Part shown: positions 60,248 through 64,000 of the stretch, one piece after another | How the letters are laid out: each line of letters begins with the position of its first letter | How positions within the stretch are numbered: position 1 is the first letter of the stretch | From: Basidiobolus meristosporus CBS 931.73 | Taxonomy: Eukaryota > Fungi > Basidiobolomycota | NCBI GenBank assembly: GCA_002104905.1 | Contig: MCFE01000039.1 | Coordinates: 139,632 to 203,631, forward strand | Reading direction: 5' to 3' | DNA: 64,000 nt | Program-made: the position numbers and the translations under genes | The notes under the pieces: model-generated | Told to the model about the DNA's origin: nothing | The model's input: only the letters and a program-made list of their open reading frames with translations | Database searches by the model: none

Positions 60248-61642
60248 TTAGCATTTCTCGGCCTTTTCATCGAGCTGAGCACCACCGCCAAACATATGAT
60301 CGATTTGCTCGAGACTCTTGCCTTTGGTCTCGGGAACAAAGAAGATCACAAAGATGAACATCAGCACACCACAGGCACCGAAGATGATGTACAGTCCCCA
60401 GTTGATCGACTTCATCAGTGGGGGAACAACCTCACCGATGATGAAGTTGAACACCCAGTTGGAGGCGGTGGTGACACTCATGCACTTGGCACGCACACGG
60501 TTAGGGTAGATCTCGGATGGGTAGATCCAGCCGATGGGTCCCCAGGTGAAGGCGAAGGCAGCCACGAACAGATAGATCATGGCAATACTGGCCTTACCGG
60601 CAGAGAGAACCTCAAAGTGGTGGGGAGAGTAGACGGCAATCAAGGCACCAAGAGTGACCATGGTGGTGGCCATGCAGGCAGCACCGATCAACAACAGTGG
60701 GCGACGACCGATACGGTCAACATAGAGCACAGCGGGGATGGTCATGCCAACATTCACAGCTCCGTTGATAGCAGTGGCAGTGAGCTGAGCGTTGTTACCA
60801 TGGTATCCAGCAGACTTGAAGATGGTCGGGGCGTAGTACATAATGGCGTTGATACCGGTGAGCTGTTGGAACACTTGGATGGCAATGCCGATGAACACGC
60901 GACGACGAAGACCTGAACGGAAGAGCTCGATCCAGGTGGGGGCGGCCATTTCCTTTTCCATGCGAATGGTTTGGGTGATGTCCTCCAACTCTTCATCAGG
61001 GTTGTTCGACAGCTTCTGGAGCACGTGCATTGCCTGTTCAGAGTGACCCTGGGACATGAGCCAGCGGGGTGACTTGGGGAGGAAGAACATCAACAGGGAA
61101 AGGGTAAGAGCTGGGAAGCCTTGGACTCCAAGAGGGATTCTCCAGCTGGCATCGGTGGTGAGCTTATCGGTGCCCATGTTAACGAGGAAGGCGACCAAGA
61201 TACCGATGGTGATGGCGAGCTGTTGCATCGACACGAGGGTACCACGAATCTCTCTGGGGGCGATCTCGGACTGATACAAGGGAACCACCATGGAGAGCAC
61301 ACCAATGGCCAACCCGGCAATGATACGACCAATAAGAAGCTGGGCAATTTCGAAGGACGAGCACTGCAGGGCAGCGCCAATGGTGAAGCAGAAACCTGCC
61401 ATCATGATACTGAACTTACGGCCAAAACGATCGGCCATGTATGAGGCGGAGAGTGAGCCGATGAGGCATCCCAGTGTCAAACTACTGGTGATGAATCCTT
61501 CGAGGGCAGGCTTGTCGGCGTAGCCGAAGCGGTCCTTGAAGCGGTCCATGACCAGCACACCACTGATCACACCAGTGTCATAACCGAAGAGGAAGCCACC
61601 AATGGCAGCAGCAGCTGAAGCGACGTAGACTAATACACCCAT
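60248..61642 (-). CDS. MFS sugar porter, copy 4, intronless
   Basis: 464 aa; protein appears identical to copy 1. Confidence 0.96.
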   Translation of the reverse strand: MGVLVYVASAAAAIGGFLFGYDTGVISGVLVMDRFKDRFGYADKPALEGFITSSLTLGCLIGSLSASYMADRFGRKFSIMMAGFCFTIGAALQCSSFEIAQLLIGRIIAGLAIGVLSMVVPLYQSEIAPREIRGTLVSMQQLAITIGILVAFLVNMGTDKLTTDASWRIPLGVQGFPALTLSLLMFFLPKSPRWLMSQGHSEQAMHVLQKLSNNPDEELEDITQTIRMEKEMAAPTWIELFRSGLRRRVFIGIAIQVFQQLTGINAIMYYAPTIFKSAGYHGNNAQLTATAINGAVNVGMTIPAVLYVDRIGRRPLLLIGAACMATTMVTLGALIAVYSPHHFEVLSAGKASIAMIYLFVAAFAFTWGPIGWIYPSEIYPNRVRAKCMSVTTASNWVFNFIIGEVVPPLMKSINWGLYIIFGACGVLMFIFVIFFVPETKGKSLEQIDHMFGGGAQLDEKAEKC

Positions 61643-62856
61643 GATTGTAGTATAGTTAGAGAACTTTAGAACTCAAAGTGTCCTCTCGCCCCTTTTATCC
61701 AAAAATCAATGTTTAGATGAGATGTTGCATCCTAGGCTGGTATTGGAGTATCTGAGTGTCAAACGAATATCCTCAATTGTAATATCAATTCAATGTCAAG
61801 GAACCTTTGTTTGAAGCACAGATAGCACTCAACTTAGCAAGCTAATCCGGGACACTAGGTATAATTGGTCGCCACTATTTCAGAAATTTCTTTTAAACGA
61901 TGGAATTTCTCAATTTCAAGCCAGTATTCTCATTTGCCCGAAATAGATGCCTTACTAAGAGCCTAGATCAAAAAGGGAAGCTATGCCATATATGGTAGTA
62001 ACTCCGATGGCTGTGGATCCAGCACTTTGCTATAGATCGAGGAATAAATAGACGTTTCTAAGCAATCCATATTCGTTCAACATGTTTCATCTAATAGTCG
62101 GTCGGAACAACCGAGAATTTGGGTGGAGTACTTTCAGTGCCTAACCGAATTTAGAACTTCATCGCTGTCAAAAGTGTACAATTCCCAATGCAATAAGGTT
62201 CTGGCTAGTTGTTAATATTCCTTGGTTTTGTTTGATTCGGTACAATATGTAAAATATATTTGCTGTAAAGTTGGGGAAGGAGTGCACCCCCAGATATTTA
62301 AATCAAACACTTACAAGCTTCTGTGAGCATATAAATCTTAGTGCATGAAATCCAGACGCAAAAATTCCTAGGTTTGAGATGTGCGCTGTAAGCTGCGCTT
62401 AGGAGCATATGAGGTGAGTTACAATGAATGATAGTGATGACTTGCCGTTGTTTTTAAAGGTCCTTGAATAGACTTATAGGGAGATAACATTGCGAGAAAT
62501 ATCTGGTTTCCTATTTGTTCGATGACCAAGTATTATCAGTCATAAGTACACGAGGAATATTACTGCTACTCTCTTTGTCAATATGGTATGCGATTAGCAT
62601 GATGAAAATGCTGGAAATATAGTGAATTCGGTTGAATGTAAAATTTACTAGGTAAGCACAGTGAGTTACATTGCGAAGTTACCTTGCTTCTCTCCAAATC
62701 GAAACGGATGTAATATCTTGGTGACTCTAGTACACTAGAGTGAATGAAGAAACTCTGGAAGCAGTTGTAAAAATTCGTATTTCCACCTAAATATTCACCT
62801 AACTTAGTCATTTAGATCATTACCTTCATATACTAGAGAATACTGACCAAATTCCT

Positions 62857-63111
62857 TGTTGGGATTTGCTTAGAATATTTTCACCAAAATACCAGGTACC
62901 CAGAACATGAAAATTTGATAAGTTGTCCAAACAGCCCCAAACTTTGCACACATGTTCTTGGGACTTTCCTTAACCTATTCTACGTGTTTGTTATGCCAAG
63001 ACCAGGTAAAAGTATAAATACTACTTTTACATTCAATAAATCATTAAGTGAAAACCACATAATCTACTTGTTCTCCCAATCACTTGCAATATCTCCAAGA
63101 CTCTTACAACA
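62857..63111 (+). repeat. 5' LTR (255 bp)
   Basis: Begins TGTTGGG and ends TACAACA. Contains TATAAATA (~63013) and AATAAA (~63035). Partner LTR is not in the window. Confidence 0.75.
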
Positions 63112-63123
63112 GGTTATGAGCCC
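63112..63123 (+). other. Primer binding site complementary to the initiator tRNA-Met anticodon arm
   Basis: GGTTATGAGCCC directly after the LTR CA, complementary to GGGCUCAUAACC of fungal tRNAi-Met. Confidence 0.85.
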
Positions 63124-63142
63124 CAAGCTGTCACTCTCTGCA

Positions 63143-64000
63143 ATGTCTACTACTGCTATTACTGGAATTTTTCCCTCTGCTGAAAAGTTGGATGGATCTA
63201 ACTACCAAGTGTGGAAGGTGAAGATGAAGATGCTACTACAAGAAAGAGGCCTTTGGGATATTGTCATGGGAGAAGAATGCCCTCCTAAAAATGTGGGAGA
63301 GGAAGCCTCGAAGTACCAGAAGAAAGAACAAAGTGCCTTTAACTGCATTTGCCTTAATGTTAAAGACAAATTGCTAATTCCATGCTCAAGAGTAAAAACA
63401 GCAAAGAATGCCTGGAAGGCATTAGAAGACACCTACCATTCATGTTCAGCTACTAAGAAAATGTATCTGAGACAAAAATTCTTTACTACAAAGATGCTGC
63501 CAGGAGAAGAAATGTAAAATCTAATTAACAGCATTACCCTGCTGGTAGATGAGATGGAATTTGTGGGTGTACCAACTACTGATGAGGTTGTGATAGTTAC
63601 CATCCTGAATAGCCTGTCAGACAAGTTCCAGGGCCTTGTATCAGCCCTAGAGTCCAGAACTGAAGATTTGACCTTAAATTACATATATGGAAGGCTCCTG
63701 GATGAAGAATTAAGAAAATCAAGTGCCAATAAGAAGGAAGAAGAAAATGCTTTAATAAGCAATGATAACCAACAAAGGAGGTACCCAAGACCCTACAAAG
63801 GCAACAGCAACCTGTTTTGTAACTACTGCAAAAGGAAAGGACACACATCAGACCAGTGTCTAAAAAAAAAGATAATCAGCAAAAGAAGCCTGAATATGGA
63901 AATGCTGCAACAACTGAAGATAGACTATTCATATCTGCACTAAATATGACCACAAACAAGGATTCTCTGTTGTAAGAGTCTTGGAGATATTGGAAGTGAT
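63143..64000 (+). pseudogene. Disrupted copia gag(-pol)
   Basis: KLDGSNYQVWKVKMKMLLQERGLWDIV; in-frame TAA at 63515-63517 (EM*NLINSITLLVDEM); ILNSL..FQGLVSALE; knuckle CNYCKRKGHTSDQC; apparent frameshift at the A9 run 63862-63870. Confidence 0.85.

Larger units (their letters stand above)
50641..61642 (-). repeat. Tandem array of four sugar-porter genes (period about 3.0-3.4 kb)
   Basis: Four head-to-tail, near-identical 1395-bp CDSs separated by largely diverged spacers. Confidence 0.95.
62857..64000 (+). mobile_element. 5' part of a Ty1/copia (Ty5/Hemivirus-like) LTR retrotransposon, continues beyond the window
   Basis: LTR with TGTTG...CAACA ends, immediately followed by a PBS, then a copia-type gag with a zinc knuckle. 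Confidence 0.9.

Noticed and set aside
50614-60916. Repeated 206-238 aa plus-strand ORFs opposite each sugar porter
   Set aside because: Shadow ORFs caused by strong C-ending codon bias. They are conserved only because the sense genes are near-identical.

Overview
Eukaryotic, gene-dense window with short (~50-70 nt) GT-AG introns. The gene set points to an early-diverging fungus (Zoopagomycota/Mucoromycota, Basidiobolus-like; this is inference). Genes in order: a secreted CAP protein (runs off the left edge), Misato/DML1, MTD1, RPF2, a Tim44/MAIP1-like mitochondrial protein, a very repeat-rich NUP159/NUP214, a mitochondrial carrier, a dysferlin-domain peroxin, a Zap1-type zinc-finger factor, a full-length piggyBac transposon (TTAA TSD, TIRs, intron-containing transposase) just 3' of xanthine dehydrogenase, an ENA-type P-ATPase, a pRiA4b-ORF3-like Cys-rich protein, beta-carbonic anhydrase, OPI3, a bacterial-type mitochondrial HisRS, a full-length RADX homolog, an unusual adenylate kinase, an MGR3-like TPR protein, a group I truncated hemoglobin, a MedA-like regulator, four tandem near-identical intronless sugar porters, and the 5' end of a decayed copia/Ty5-type LTR retrotransposon. 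Highlights: the RADX homolog (a family characterised in vertebrates), the alphaproteobacterial-type HisRS, the recombinant mosaic of the transporter array with diverged promoters, and the potentially active piggyBac. Exon structures were spliced by eye. Homology calls come from motifs recalled from memory, not from database searches.
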